The notes: a model not told the origin generated them from the sequence alone. Positions 18,467-28,955 are shown, numbered from the stretch's first letter. The stretch is 64,000 nucleotides of DNA from Candidatus Gottesmanbacteria bacterium (GCA_963701185.1 OY969569.1:318268-382267); one strand, 5' to 3'. Numbers and translations are program-made.

Positions 18467-19506
18467 ACAGTCTTGATGATGTTGCGGCGATGAAGAAACA
18501 GGATCCGTCGGGAGTTTTAGGATCGACGGCGCTGTTTGCCGATCAGTGTGCGGCGGCGTGGGAAGAAAGTCGGAAAACCCTGTTTCCGCAGGAATATAAA
18601 AAAGTAAAAAATATTGTTGTCGCAGGGATGGGAGGCTCACGCTTTACCCCGAAAACCATCGGCGCGCTGTTCCGGAAATATATTAGCGTCCCGTATGAAA
18701 TCTGCGAGGACTATACGGTACCCGGCTATGTCAATGCCGACTCGCTGGTCATTTTATCCTCCTATTCCGGTACGACAGCGGAAGTAATATCCGCCGGAGA
18801 AGACGCAAAGAAGAAAGGTGCAAAAATTGCGGCGATTACGAGCAAAAGGATGGATTATCCTGGGTATTATTTCAGCCCCACATTGAACCCCTGCGGGCAA
18901 CCCAGGATCGGCGGGGGGTATTTATTATTAGGACACCTCGGACTTCTTTCAGCGTTAGGATTTGTTACGGTTAAAGACGATGTGGCAGCGGCAATTGCAT
19001 TCGCCAAGGAAATCGGAAAAAAATATGCGGCAGAAATTCCTGAAACGAATAACCCCGCAAAACAGCTTGCAATATTTCTGAAAGACAAACATCCGTTTAT
19101 TATTACAGCCGAATTCTTGAAAGGGTTCGGCAATGCATTCGCCAATCAGATAAATGAAACGGCAAAAATGATATCGGACTACCGCTACATTTCCGAACTG
19201 AACCATCATTTGTTGGAAGGACTATCCCACCCGGATACCATCCACCAAAACGGAGTATTTATATTCCTCTTATCGCATTGCTATAGCGAGCCGGTGCAAA
19301 AACGGTTCGCGATAACCCGCGACGTGGTGGCAAAACAGCATGTGGGTACGTACGATATAACGCTCACCGGTGCAAATAAGCTTTCACAGACCCTTGAGGC
19401 ATATACGCTCGCGGGATTTACGACGTTTTATCTTGGCATGCTCTATGACGTGGATCCCGTCGCCATTCCGTGGGTCGACTACTTTAAAGCCGAACTCGCT
19501 AAATAA
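18463..19506 (+). CDS. Bifunctional phosphoglucose/phosphomannose isomerase (SIS fold)
   Basis: GMGGS, SSYSGTT, QPR, QINETAK and ELNHH motifs. Confidence 0.88.
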   Translation: MNSLDDVAAMKKQDPSGVLGSTALFADQCAAAWEESRKTLFPQEYKKVKNIVVAGMGGSRFTPKTIGALFRKYISVPYEICEDYTVPGYVNADSLVILSSYSGTTAEVISAGEDAKKKGAKIAAITSKRMDYPGYYFSPTLNPCGQPRIGGGYLLLGHLGLLSALGFVTVKDDVAAAIAFAKEIGKKYAAEIPETNNPAKQLAIFLKDKHPFIITAEFLKGFGNAFANQINETAKMISDYRYISELNHHLLEGLSHPDTIHQNGVFIFLLSHCYSEPVQKRFAITRDVVAKQHVGTYDITLTGANKLSQTLEAYTLAGFTTFYLGMLYDVDPVAIPWVDYFKAELAK

Positions 19507-19529
19507 CCTGCAAGGACTCTCCTCGCAGA
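19507..19529. repeat. REP-like palindrome forming the entire PGI/PMI-RAYT intergenic space
   Basis: CCTGCAAGGA-CTC-TCCTCGCAGA between two convergent stop codons. Confidence 0.85.
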
Positions 19530-19718
19530 TTACTCAAGATCGAGCGCCTCATTAAGGATAGGTTTTATATCATCGAAAAGACTTTGTTCAACAAATGATT
19601 CATACGATAACTGGTCGTACGTACGGGAAAAATAGAATAATATCGGTGCGGGTTGCACCCAGGATTGCGTAAAATGATGAAGATAATTGCCATAGGACGA
19701 ATAGGCATATTCCTTCAA

Positions 19719-19741
19719 CCTGCGAGGACTCTCCTTGTAGG
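19719..19741. repeat. REP-like palindrome inside RAYT
   Basis: CCTGCGAGGA-CTC-TCCTTGTAGG; read as YKESPRR in RAYT. Confidence 0.85.
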
Positions 19742-20023
19742 ATGATAACGACAAAGGATTTCGATGGATATATTTTGAAAGATAAATAAATTGGTACTCA
19801 CTGAGAATTTTGACAGCTTTGTATGGACCTTGAAAGAGCGGACCGAGCCGATGATAGTGGGTATTAAAATATCGAACGTATTTTGTGAGGAGAGAACGTA
19901 AAAAGTGATCCATGCCATGCTCCGTAGTTTGCTTGATGAGTAAATGAAAATGGTTCGGCATCAAGCAATAACAAAGAAGTTCAATATCTCCGAAGTAGTT
20001 TTTTAATTTTTTAGAGGGCGCCA

Positions 20024-20046
20024 CCTGCAAGGACTCTCCTTGCAGG
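20024..20046. repeat. REP-like palindrome inside RAYT (perfect copy)
   Basis: CCTGCAAGGA-CTC-TCCTTGCAGG; read as LQGESLQV in RAYT. Confidence 0.9.
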
Positions 20047-20212
20047 CTGAGGTAGATCTTGAGAAAAGAAAGAAATGTTTTGTAATCCTTGTCTTCCCGG
20101 AAAATAACGCCTTTATCTACACCACGATTATAAATATGATAGTGCGCGCCCGGCTCATACTCTTTGATAACATTTTTTGCAGGCATAGGATAAGTATACA
20201 ACCTCTTACAAA

Positions 20213-20235
20213 CCTGCAAGGACTCTCCTTGTAGG
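20213..20235. repeat. REP-like palindrome upstream of RAYT
   Basis: CCTGCAAGGA-CTC-TCCTTGTAGG in the RAYT/ppsA divergent promoter region. Confidence 0.9.
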
Positions 20236-20280
20236 TTAAAGCCTCTTGCGCTTACCGTGTAAATTCCGCATACTCATTAT

Positions 20281-22545
20281 ATGACCATGACCAAAAAATA
20301 CGTTGTGTGGTTTAAGGACGTAGATAAAAATGATGTTTCCGTGGTCGGCGGGAAGGGGGCAAACCTCGGAGAGATGACAAGAGCGGGTTTCCCCGTGCCT
20401 CCGGGATTTATCGTGACAGTACACGCATATACAGAATTTATCGACCGGTCGCGCCTGAAGGAAAAAATATCCGCCCTTTTAAGCACGGTCGATGTCAACA
20501 ATTCCAAAAACCTTGATGAGGTGGCCAAAAAAGTACAGACACTTATTACCCGCGCGGAATTTCCGAAAGATATAGCACTGGAAATCATCCGTGCCTATTT
20601 TACGCTGGGCGGCTCACTCACGAAACATGCAGTTGTTGCGGTTCGTTCATCCGCTACCGCAGAAGACTTGCCCGGTGCGTCATTTGCCGGCCAGCAGGCG
20701 ACATTTCTCAACGTCCAGGGGGAAGCAAATCTTATTGAAAAAGTGAAGGAGGCATGGGCGTCGCTGTTTACCGCACGGGCAATTTTTTACCGCGCCACGA
20801 ATCATTTTGACCATTTTACAATAGGCATCGCAATTCCCATACAAAAAATGGTCGAATCGGAAAAATCCGGCATTATGTTCACGATCGACCCGGTGACCAA
20901 TGACAAATCCAAGATCGTTATTGAGGCCATTTACGGGCTCGGCGAAATGATTGTCCAGGGAGCCGTCACGCCCGATCATTATGAAGTAGGCAAAAAAACC
21001 GGCGCGATTACCAAAAAAGAGGCGCATATTCAGGAAAAGCTCATGCGGCGAAAGGGTGCGTCCAACGAAAATATACTCCTGAACAAGAAAGAGGGCGGGA
21101 AACAAAAACTGACGGATGCAGAAATCATATCGCTTGCAAAAATCGGACGGAAGCTGGAAACGCATTACTATTTTCCGCAGGATGCCGAGTGGGCGATTGA
21201 AAAAGGAAATATATATATCGTCCAAACACGGCCGGTCACCACGACGGGAAAAGACGAGCGAAAAACGTTTAGCCAAAATTCCGCTGCCGTTCTTATTGTT
21301 AAGGGAGATCCGGCCAGTCCCGGTGTCAAAACAGGACCGGTAAAAATACTGACGAGCGCAAAAGAAATAGGGAAAATTGTCCCCGGAGATATTCTTGTTG
21401 CCGAACAAACCAACCCCGACTACGTTCCTGCCATGCGCAAAGCCGTGGCCATTGTCACGGAACGGGGAGGAAGAACGTCACATGCGGCAATCGTCTCCCG
21501 CGAGCTGGGAATCCCTGCCGTTGTGGGGGCAAAAAACGTGAGGAGTCTCTTGAGGGACGGTCTCATCGTGACGGTCAACGGCTCTACAGGGCAAGTTTTT
21601 AAAGGGGCTATTCGCATCGCACAGACAAAAAATACCCGTTCAAAAGAACCTGTTCATACGGCGACCAAAGTCTACGTCAATTTGGCTGAACCAAGCCGCG
21701 CCGAAGCCGTTGCGATCATGGATGCAGACGGAGTGGGGCTGCTTCGGGCAGAATTTATGATTGCGGACATCGGCACGCATCCGAAAAAATTGATCGCTGA
21801 CAAAAAACAAAAACTTTTTGTTGACACACTCGCGGCACAGCTCGAAGTATTCTGCAGATCATTTGCTCCGCGGCCTGTCGTGTACCGGACGACCGACTTT
21901 AAAACGAATGAGTACAGGAATCTTAAAGGCGGCGCCGCATTCGAACCGGAGGAACCAAACCCGATGCTGGGATTCCGCGGAGCGGCCCGCTATATTGTCG
22001 ACCCGCGCGTATTTGAACTGGAACTTGCGGCCATTAAAACCGTCCGGAATAAAATGGGATATAAAAATCTCCACATGATGATCCCGTTTGTCCGCACGCC
22101 GAAAGAGCTGACGGACGTCAAAAAAATCATTGCCGCCAATGATCTCACACGCTCCGGCTCATTTAAACTCTGGCTCATGGTGGAAATTCCTACCAACGTT
22201 ATCCGCATTGATGACTTCCTCGACGCGGGCATAGACGGCGTTTCCATCGGCTCGAATGACCTCACCATGCTTATGCTGGGCACGGACCGCGATAACAGCG
22301 ACGTTGCCCATGATTTTTCGGAACTGGACCCCACACTTCTGTGGGCCTTTGAACACGTCATTAAAGCATGTGCCGCGCGCGGCGTTACAAGTTCCATGTG
22401 CGGGCAGGCGCCGTCCGACTATCCGCAGCTCGTCGATAAACTCGTCTCCTGGGGAATTACGAGTGTTTCAGTCAATCCTGACGCACTCAATCTCGTCCGG
22501 GAAACAATATATGAAGCCGAACAGAAATTGGTAAATAAAAAATAG
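20281..22545 (+). CDS. ppsA: Phosphoenolpyruvate synthase
   Basis: GGKGANLGE, VRSSATAEDLPGASFAGQ, GGRTSHAAIVSRE, NPMLGFRG and SIGSNDL motifs. Confidence 0.95.
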   Translation: MTMTKKYVVWFKDVDKNDVSVVGGKGANLGEMTRAGFPVPPGFIVTVHAYTEFIDRSRLKEKISALLSTVDVNNSKNLDEVAKKVQTLITRAEFPKDIALEIIRAYFTLGGSLTKHAVVAVRSSATAEDLPGASFAGQQATFLNVQGEANLIEKVKEAWASLFTARAIFYRATNHFDHFTIGIAIPIQKMVESEKSGIMFTIDPVTNDKSKIVIEAIYGLGEMIVQGAVTPDHYEVGKKTGAITKKEAHIQEKLMRRKGASNENILLNKKEGGKQKLTDAEIISLAKIGRKLETHYYFPQDAEWAIEKGNIYIVQTRPVTTTGKDERKTFSQNSAAVLIVKGDPASPGVKTGPVKILTSAKEIGKIVPGDILVAEQTNPDYVPAMRKAVAIVTERGGRTSHAAIVSRELGIPAVVGAKNVRSLLRDGLIVTVNGSTGQVFKGAIRIAQTKNTRSKEPVHTATKVYVNLAEPSRAEAVAIMDADGVGLLRAEFMIADIGTHPKKLIADKKQKLFVDTLAAQLEVFCRSFAPRPVVYRTTDFKTNEYRNLKGGAAFEPEEPNPMLGFRGAARYIVDPRVFELELAAIKTVRNKMGYKNLHMMIPFVRTPKELTDVKKIIAANDLTRSGSFKLWLMVEIPTNVIRIDDFLDAGIDGVSIGSNDLTMLMLGTDRDNSDVAHDFSELDPTLLWAFEHVIKACAARGVTSSMCGQAPSDYPQLVDKLVSWGITSVSVNPDALNLVRETIYEAEQKLVNKK

Positions 22546-22554
22546 TACATCGCT

Positions 22555-23823
22555 ATGGATCCAAAAATTTATTCCATAACAGCCCGGGAAATTCTTGATT
22601 CCCGCGGAGATCCGACGGTGGAAACGACGGTAGTTTTATCAAGCGGATATCGCGGGACCGTTTCGGTTCCGTCCGGAACATCCATCGGCAAGTACGAAGC
22701 CGTAGAACTGCGCGACATGGACGAAAAACGGTACGGCGGCATGGGAGTACTAAAAGCCATTGGAAACGTCAACAATACCCTCAACCAAAAACTCCACGGC
22801 ATGGACGGAGCCAATCAGGGACTTATTGATAAAACGATGGTGGACCTTGATGGCACGCCGAATAAAAGCAAACTCGGAGCCAACGCGATGTTAAGCGTAT
22901 CGCTCGCTGTTGCGCGGGCCGTCGCCAACCACCAAAAAATACCGCTGTATCAATATTTACATACCCTTGCAAACAACGGAAAAGCCGTCCCCATAACCCG
23001 TATACCCACACCGATATTTAATATCATAAACGGAGGAAAGCATGGGGCGGGAAACCTGGATTTTCAGGAGTTTCACCTTATCCCGGCATCCAACAAACCC
23101 TATCATCAGGCATTGGAAATCGGAGCTGTGGTATATCAGGCAGTCGAAAAAATTCTGGTATACCGGAATGCCGTTCACTCCGTCGGCTATGAGGGGGGAT
23201 TTGCACCGAATTTATTTACGAATATCGACGCGATGGAGATACTTCTCGAAGCGGTACGGACGACGCCATACCGGTTCGGCGTGGATGTCTTTTTCGGCCT
23301 TGACGTTGCGGCCTCCCATTTTAAATCAACACGCGGATATCAGATCAAAGACCGTTCCACGACATTCCAAACCGATGATTTCATCGAATATTTTAAAAAA
23401 CTCCACGAAAAATACCGCTTGCTTCTCTTGGAAGACCCACTGGGTGAAGACGATTGGGAGGGGTGGGTAAAGATCACGCGCGAATTAGGGACGGATGTCC
23501 TTATCGTCGGAGACGACCTGTTGGCAACAAATTCCCAACGCCTTCAGCGCGCCATCACGGAAAAAGCGTGCTCCGCAATCCTTGCCAAACCTAACCAGAT
23601 CGGAACGCTCTCGGAATTCCTCGCTGTTATCGTCCTGGCCAAACAGCACGATATCAAAACAGTGGTTTCCCATAGGAGCGGGGAAACCAATGACTCCTTT
23701 GTCGCGGATCTTGCCGTCGCCGTGCAGTCGGATTATGTAAAATTCGGTGCTCCCGCACGCGGAGAACGCGTTGCAAAATACAACCGGCTACTTCAAATTG
23801 AACAAGAATTAAAACCTCAATAA
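22555..23823 (+). CDS. eno: Enolase
   Basis: REILDSRG, DFQEF, VGDDL, SHRSGET and ERVAKYN motifs. Confidence 0.96.
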   Translation: MDPKIYSITAREILDSRGDPTVETTVVLSSGYRGTVSVPSGTSIGKYEAVELRDMDEKRYGGMGVLKAIGNVNNTLNQKLHGMDGANQGLIDKTMVDLDGTPNKSKLGANAMLSVSLAVARAVANHQKIPLYQYLHTLANNGKAVPITRIPTPIFNIINGGKHGAGNLDFQEFHLIPASNKPYHQALEIGAVVYQAVEKILVYRNAVHSVGYEGGFAPNLFTNIDAMEILLEAVRTTPYRFGVDVFFGLDVAASHFKSTRGYQIKDRSTTFQTDDFIEYFKKLHEKYRLLLLEDPLGEDDWEGWVKITRELGTDVLIVGDDLLATNSQRLQRAITEKACSAILAKPNQIGTLSEFLAVIVLAKQHDIKTVVSHRSGETNDSFVADLAVAVQSDYVKFGAPARGERVAKYNRLLQIEQELKPQ

Positions 23824-23829
23824 AAATAT

Positions 23830-25467
23830 ATGATTAAGCCTGTCGTGTTAATCGTTTTGGATGGGTGGGGTATTGCTCCTCCGGGACCCGGCAATGCCGT
23901 CTCGCTTTCACACCTCGTAAACATCCCTCATTATTGGAATACGTATCCGCATACCGAACTTTCGGCGTCGGGCACTTCTGTGGGTTTACCTGACGGAGAA
24001 GACGGAAACACGGAGACCGGACACATCAATATCGGAGCCGGACGCGTGGTGTATCAGGATTTACCGCGCATCAACATGTCCATAAGCGACGGGTCATTTT
24101 TTCAAAACGGCGCATTTTTAGGCGCCATCCGCTACGCTTCCCAACATCATTCCAACATCCACCTCATGGGACTCTTAAGCGATTCCGGCGTACACGCCAA
24201 CCGTGAGCATCTATACACACTCCTGACGCTCATCAAACAGCAGGGCGCGCAGTCTCCGGTGTATCTTCATCTGTTTACGGATGGCAGAGATTCCTCACCC
24301 ACCGCCGGCAGGCGCTTTGTCGCTGAAGTCGAAACAACATGCCATCGGCTCGGAATAGGAAAAATAGCAACAATCATGGGAAGGTACTTCGGCATGGACC
24401 GCGACAACCGCTGGGAACGTACGGAAAAAGCATATAGGGCGTTGACCGAACCGGTCGAACAGCAGGCCGCGTCGGCCCTGGAAGCCATAGAGAAAGCCTA
24501 TAAAGAAGGAAAGACAGATGAATTTGTCGAGCCGACAGCGATTACTGATGAGTCGGGGAATGTCCTGCCGAGAATCGGGAATCACGACGCCGTGATCTTT
24601 TACAATTACCGTATTGACCGCCCGAGACAACTTACCCGCGCATTTGTTCTCCCTAATTTTGAAGAACGGGGACTGGCTACATCATTCGATCCCTACGCCG
24701 TCAAATATTTCCATAAGCATCTAGTGGAAGCAGATAGCCGCGCTCATCCGTTTAAACGCGCAGTCATTCTTCCCAACATATTCTTTGTCACGATGACGGA
24801 ATATGAACGTGATCTTCCCTGCACCGTGGCGTTTCCCCCGCAACCAATTTATGAAACGATTTCATCAGTTTTTTCCGAATTAAATTTACGGCAACTGCAC
24901 GCGGCGGAAACGGAAAAAGAACGGTTCGTGACGTATTATTTCAACGGTTTAAAAGAAGCGGCATTCCCGGGCGAAGACCGGCTGATCATTCCCTCGCCGA
25001 AGGTGGCGTTGTATGACCTGAAGCCCGAAATGTCTTCGATAGAGCTCACGGATAAACTCCTGCAGCGGATATCCCTGGATATTTATTCGTTTATCATTGT
25101 CAATTTTGCCAACCCGGATATGGTTGCCCATACCGGCAATATTCAGGCTGCAATCCGCGCATGCGAGATAGCGGACGCGTGTATAAAAAGGTTGGTTTCT
25201 ACGATTCTTCCCATCGGAGGCACTTGCGTCATAACCGCAGACCATGGTAACGTAGAAGAAATGCTTGGTCCCAATGGAGAAATGGACACCGAGCATTCGA
25301 CGTATCCGGTACCGTTTATCATGATCGATCAAACCTTGTCTAATTATCCGCACAGTCTTCCGAAAGGCAAACTAGCCGACATTGCGCCGACGATTCTTTC
25401 GTTTCGCAAACTTGCCGTACCAATACCCATGAACGGGAAAAATTTACTGGCGGATCTGCCTATATAG
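23830..25467 (+). CDS. gpmI: 2,3-BPG-independent phosphoglycerate mutase
   Basis: LDGWG, GNTETGH (Thr at the usual catalytic Ser), DGRD, AETEK, NPDMVAHTG and TADHGN motifs. Confidence 0.94.
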   Translation: MIKPVVLIVLDGWGIAPPGPGNAVSLSHLVNIPHYWNTYPHTELSASGTSVGLPDGEDGNTETGHINIGAGRVVYQDLPRINMSISDGSFFQNGAFLGAIRYASQHHSNIHLMGLLSDSGVHANREHLYTLLTLIKQQGAQSPVYLHLFTDGRDSSPTAGRRFVAEVETTCHRLGIGKIATIMGRYFGMDRDNRWERTEKAYRALTEPVEQQAASALEAIEKAYKEGKTDEFVEPTAITDESGNVLPRIGNHDAVIFYNYRIDRPRQLTRAFVLPNFEERGLATSFDPYAVKYFHKHLVEADSRAHPFKRAVILPNIFFVTMTEYERDLPCTVAFPPQPIYETISSVFSELNLRQLHAAETEKERFVTYYFNGLKEAAFPGEDRLIIPSPKVALYDLKPEMSSIELTDKLLQRISLDIYSFIIVNFANPDMVAHTGNIQAAIRACEIADACIKRLVSTILPIGGTCVITADHGNVEEMLGPNGEMDTEHSTYPVPFIMIDQTLSNYPHSLPKGKLADIAPTILSFRKLAVPIPMNGKNLLADLPI

Positions 25468-25478
25468 AAAGGATATTT

Positions 25479-26597
25479 ATGAAAACAACTATTTCTGTCA
25501 TCAAAGCAGACACTGGTTCCGTTGGGGGTCATAACCGTCCGAGCGATGCGATGATTGCTAAGGCTAAAGAACGTGTGACGGGTGCAGTGAAGCAGGGCCT
25601 TCTTTCAGACGGATGCGTGACGTTTACCGGCGATGACATTGCACTTTTGATGATTCACGAAAGAGGCGCGGATAGTCCGGATATCCATAAATTCGCATGG
25701 GATACGTTTGTGGAAACGACAAAAATTGCAAAATCTCAGGGGTTGTACGGTGCAGGACAGGATCTTCTCAAAGACGCATTCTCGGGAAATGTCCGCGGCA
25801 TGGGTCCGGGATCGGCGGAAATGGAAATCGAAGAACGGGCAGCCGAACCCTTTATCGTATTTGCGGGAGACAAATGCGGACCGGGCGTATTTAACTATCC
25901 GCTGTTTTCCTGTTTTGCCGACCCGTATCACAATGCGGGGTTGCTGCTGGCACCGGAAATGCGGGCAGGATTCACCTACACCATTATGGACGTCAATCAC
26001 ACGGAGCACGATAAAGTCATTACGCTCAAAGTACCGGCCGATTATTATGATATTGCAACACTGTTGCGGGATCCAAACAGATATATCATCGAAAGCGTAA
26101 CGGAAAATGCAACAGGCCTTATTGCGGCAGTCGCATCAACAAGCAGATTGCATAATATCGCGGGAAAATATGTGGGCAAAGATGATCCGGTAGCCATTGT
26201 GCGCACGCAAAAGCAATTTCCGTCAACAGGAGAAATTCTCTCTCCATGGGCGCTCGCGCACTTCACCCTCGGGGATAATCGGGGAAGCCACCACGTTGCT
26301 GTGATGCCGGTTAAACAAAACAGCATCATTTCTTTCTTTGACGGGCCGACCATCATGTCTGCGGCAGGATACTGTGTCCACGAGGGGAAACTGACGGAAG
26401 CCGTGGATTATTTTGACCAGCCGTTCTGGGATGTCATCCGGGAGAAAGCATCCAATAAAACACTCGACATGCGCGCGCAGGGATTTTTCAACCCCGCCAT
26501 GGGTCCCCAGGATGAAATGGAATACACCGGCGTCATGGACAACCTGAAACGCTTGGACGCCAAGTTTGTAAAACGCGACGATAAACAGGCGGCATGA
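25479..26597 (+). CDS. Fructose-1,6-bisphosphate aldolase/phosphatase (class V FBPase)
   Basis: IKADTGSVGGH, GDDIAL, GLYGAGQDLLKDAFSGNVRGMGPG and YVGKDDP motifs. Confidence 0.93.
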   Translation: MKTTISVIKADTGSVGGHNRPSDAMIAKAKERVTGAVKQGLLSDGCVTFTGDDIALLMIHERGADSPDIHKFAWDTFVETTKIAKSQGLYGAGQDLLKDAFSGNVRGMGPGSAEMEIEERAAEPFIVFAGDKCGPGVFNYPLFSCFADPYHNAGLLLAPEMRAGFTYTIMDVNHTEHDKVITLKVPADYYDIATLLRDPNRYIIESVTENATGLIAAVASTSRLHNIAGKYVGKDDPVAIVRTQKQFPSTGEILSPWALAHFTLGDNRGSHHVAVMPVKQNSIISFFDGPTIMSAAGYCVHEGKLTEAVDYFDQPFWDVIREKASNKTLDMRAQGFFNPAMGPQDEMEYTGVMDNLKRLDAKFVKRDDKQAA

Positions 26598-28303
26598 AGG
26601 CAGATATATACAAAAAATCCGAAGGGGACTGGAAATTTCCGCCGAATCTCGAGGATTACGAGCACACACGGAAAATTTTTTCGTGGAACACCGCGCGTAA
26701 AGAGGTTGATTGGTTTGACGGGAAACTGAACGCCGCATACAATGCCGTAGACCGGCACACCCATACCTGGCGCAAAAACAAAGTCGCTCTGTATTGGGAA
26801 GACGAGGCGGGAAGCGAAAAAAAATATACGTTCGAGGAGTTGTCACTGCTGTCCAATAAAGTAGGCAACATTCTCAAGGAATTTGACGTTGGCCGCGGCG
26901 ACCGCGTGTTTCTGTTTCTGCCTCGCATACCGGAATTATATTTTTGCTTTTTAGGCATTTTAAAAATCGGAGCAATTGCCGGAACGCTTTTCAGCGCGTT
27001 CCAGGAACAGGCGCTTGCGGATAGACTGGCAAACAGCGAGGCGAAAATTCTTATCACAACGAAAGAATTAAAGCCGCGGGTTGATAAAATCCGCAAAAAA
27101 CTCCCGGCTCTCAAACATATCCTCATCGTTGACGAACCGTCGTTTACCAAAAGTCTCGATCATGCCGGCGACGAACTTCACATCGTCCAGATGAATCCGG
27201 ACGACTACGCATTTATGCTCTACACATCCGGCACGACCGGTAAACCGAAAGGCGTCATGCATGCGCACCGGGCGATCATTCAGGAACACGTAACGGCGCG
27301 TTGGGTGTTAGACCTTCGCGATGATGATACCTACTGGTGTACGGCAGACCCCGGCTGGGTCACCGGCATTGCCTATGAAATATTGGGAAGTTGGAGCAAC
27401 GGCGTCGCGGCCCTCGTCTATGCGGGCCGATTCGATCCGAAACGGTGGTACACGCTCCTTGCAAAATACCGCATTACCGTCTGGTATACGGCACCGACGG
27501 CCATCCGCATGCTTATGGCGGCAGGGTCAGCGCTCGTCAAAGAATTTGATTTAACGAACCTTCGTCATATGGGATCTGTCGGCGAACCGCTGAATCCCGA
27601 GGCCATCAAATGGGGCATCAAGGCATTCGGCAGACCGTTTCACGACAATTGGTGGCAAACGGAAACAGGCGCCATCTGCATCGCGAATTACCCGTGCATG
27701 GATATTAAAATCGGGTCCATGGGGAAACCTATCCCGGGGCTTACTGCAGATATTGTCGATGATGAAGGCCATGAACGTGGAACCCATAAAGAAGGCAACA
27801 TCGCACTGAAACCGAAATGGCCAAGTGAAATGCGCGCAATCTGGCGCAGGCCGCATAAATTCCAAAGTTATTTCGTCAACGGATGGTATATCTCCGGCGA
27901 CCGCGGTTGGAAAGATGAAGACGGATATTTCTGGTTTATCGGGCGGGCGGATGATGTCATCAAAACGTCAGGCGAACGGGTCGGCCCGTTTGAAGTGGAG
28001 TCCGCCCTTGTTGAACATCCTGCGGTCGTGGAGGCGGGTGTCATCGGCAAACCCGATGTCATGCGCGGAGAAATCATCAAAGCATTTGTCGTTTTGGAAC
28101 CGAATACAAAGCCGTCCGAAAAACTCAAAGCTGAACTGTCAGAATACGTCAAAAAACATCTGGCTGGCCACGCATATCCGCGCGAGATCGAATTTATCGA
28201 CAAACTTCCCAAAACCCGTTCCGGCAAAATCATGCGAAGGATTTTAAAAGCCAAAGAAATGGGCCTCCCCGTCGGCGACACCTCTACGCTTGAGGAATAT
28301 TGA
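26594..28303 (+). CDS. acsA: Acetate--CoA ligase
   Basis: YTSGTTGKPKGV, TADPGWVTG, GEPLNP, DNWWQTETG and PKTRSGKIMRR motifs. Confidence 0.92.
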   Translation: MKADIYKKSEGDWKFPPNLEDYEHTRKIFSWNTARKEVDWFDGKLNAAYNAVDRHTHTWRKNKVALYWEDEAGSEKKYTFEELSLLSNKVGNILKEFDVGRGDRVFLFLPRIPELYFCFLGILKIGAIAGTLFSAFQEQALADRLANSEAKILITTKELKPRVDKIRKKLPALKHILIVDEPSFTKSLDHAGDELHIVQMNPDDYAFMLYTSGTTGKPKGVMHAHRAIIQEHVTARWVLDLRDDDTYWCTADPGWVTGIAYEILGSWSNGVAALVYAGRFDPKRWYTLLAKYRITVWYTAPTAIRMLMAAGSALVKEFDLTNLRHMGSVGEPLNPEAIKWGIKAFGRPFHDNWWQTETGAICIANYPCMDIKIGSMGKPIPGLTADIVDDEGHERGTHKEGNIALKPKWPSEMRAIWRRPHKFQSYFVNGWYISGDRGWKDEDGYFWFIGRADDVIKTSGERVGPFEVESALVEHPAVVEAGVIGKPDVMRGEIIKAFVVLEPNTKPSEKLKAELSEYVKKHLAGHAYPREIEFIDKLPKTRSGKIMRRILKAKEMGLPVGDTSTLEEY

Positions 28304-28955
28304 AGAGGAGAACAAATTCACCCTTCGGATTTGAAAAATGAGAGACTGTTTCTGAAATAGTTCCTTTCCATATTTCTTCATAAACTTTGGTTAATTCGCG
28401 GGCGACCACTATTTCAATATCTCCGAATGTCATTTTCATATCTTCAAGCGTTGTCACCAATTTATGCGGAGCGCAGTAGAAAATATATGTACTACTAATG
28501 AATCGATTCACTGATATGATATCGTTAAACAATTTCAAACGTTGCAGTTGTTTTTCCGGGGGATATCCCAAAAAACTGAATTTGTCCGGAGGTAATCCGG
28601 AGCTCGTGAGGGCACCCAAAACTGCCGAAGGGCCGGGGACACTTTCAACTTTTATCTCGCGTTTCACGCATTCACGGACTAGGCGGAATCCGGGATCGGA
28701 AATAAGCGGCGTCCCTGCATCAGACACGAGCGCGATATTTTTGCCGTTTTCCAGCCATTCAATGACTTCGGGGATCCGTTTATCCTCTATTTCATCATAA
28801 TAACTCACGAGTTTTGCTTTCGTTTGGATAAGCAGGCCGGTATGCCGCGTATCCTCACACAAAACCACATCAACGGATTGCAGTATTTTCACTGCACGAA
28901 GACTCATATCTTCTCTATTTCCTATCGGTGTTGAAACAATATATAATATTCCCAT
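28284..28955 (-). CDS. rsmI: 16S rRNA (C1402-2'-O)-methyltransferase
   Basis: MGILYIVSTPIGN, CEDTRH, VSDAGTPLISDPG, ARELTK and KGEF motifs. Confidence 0.93.
   Translation of the reverse strand: MGILYIVSTPIGNREDMSLRAVKILQSVDVVLCEDTRHTGLLIQTKAKLVSYYDEIEDKRIPEVIEWLENGKNIALVSDAGTPLISDPGFRLVRECVKREIKVESVPGPSAVLGALTSSGLPPDKFSFLGYPPEKQLQRLKLFNDIISVNRFISSTYIFYCAPHKLVTTLEDMKMTFGDIEIVVARELTKVYEEIWKGTISETVSHFSNPKGEFVLLFNIPQA

Larger units (their letters stand above)
19530..20186 (-). mobile_element. REP-associated tyrosine transposase (RAYT; IS200/IS605 Y1 HUH superfamily)
   Basis: YHIYNRGVDK..IF, CLMPNHFHLL (HUH), LFQGPYKA, YIHRNP (catalytic Tyr) and YSSY motifs; flanked by palindromes. Confidence 0.92.

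Noticed and set aside
19507-20235. 23-bp repeats as a CRISPR array
   Set aside because: Spacing is irregular (about 190-305 bp), the intervening DNA is the RAYT gene, and no cas genes are present.
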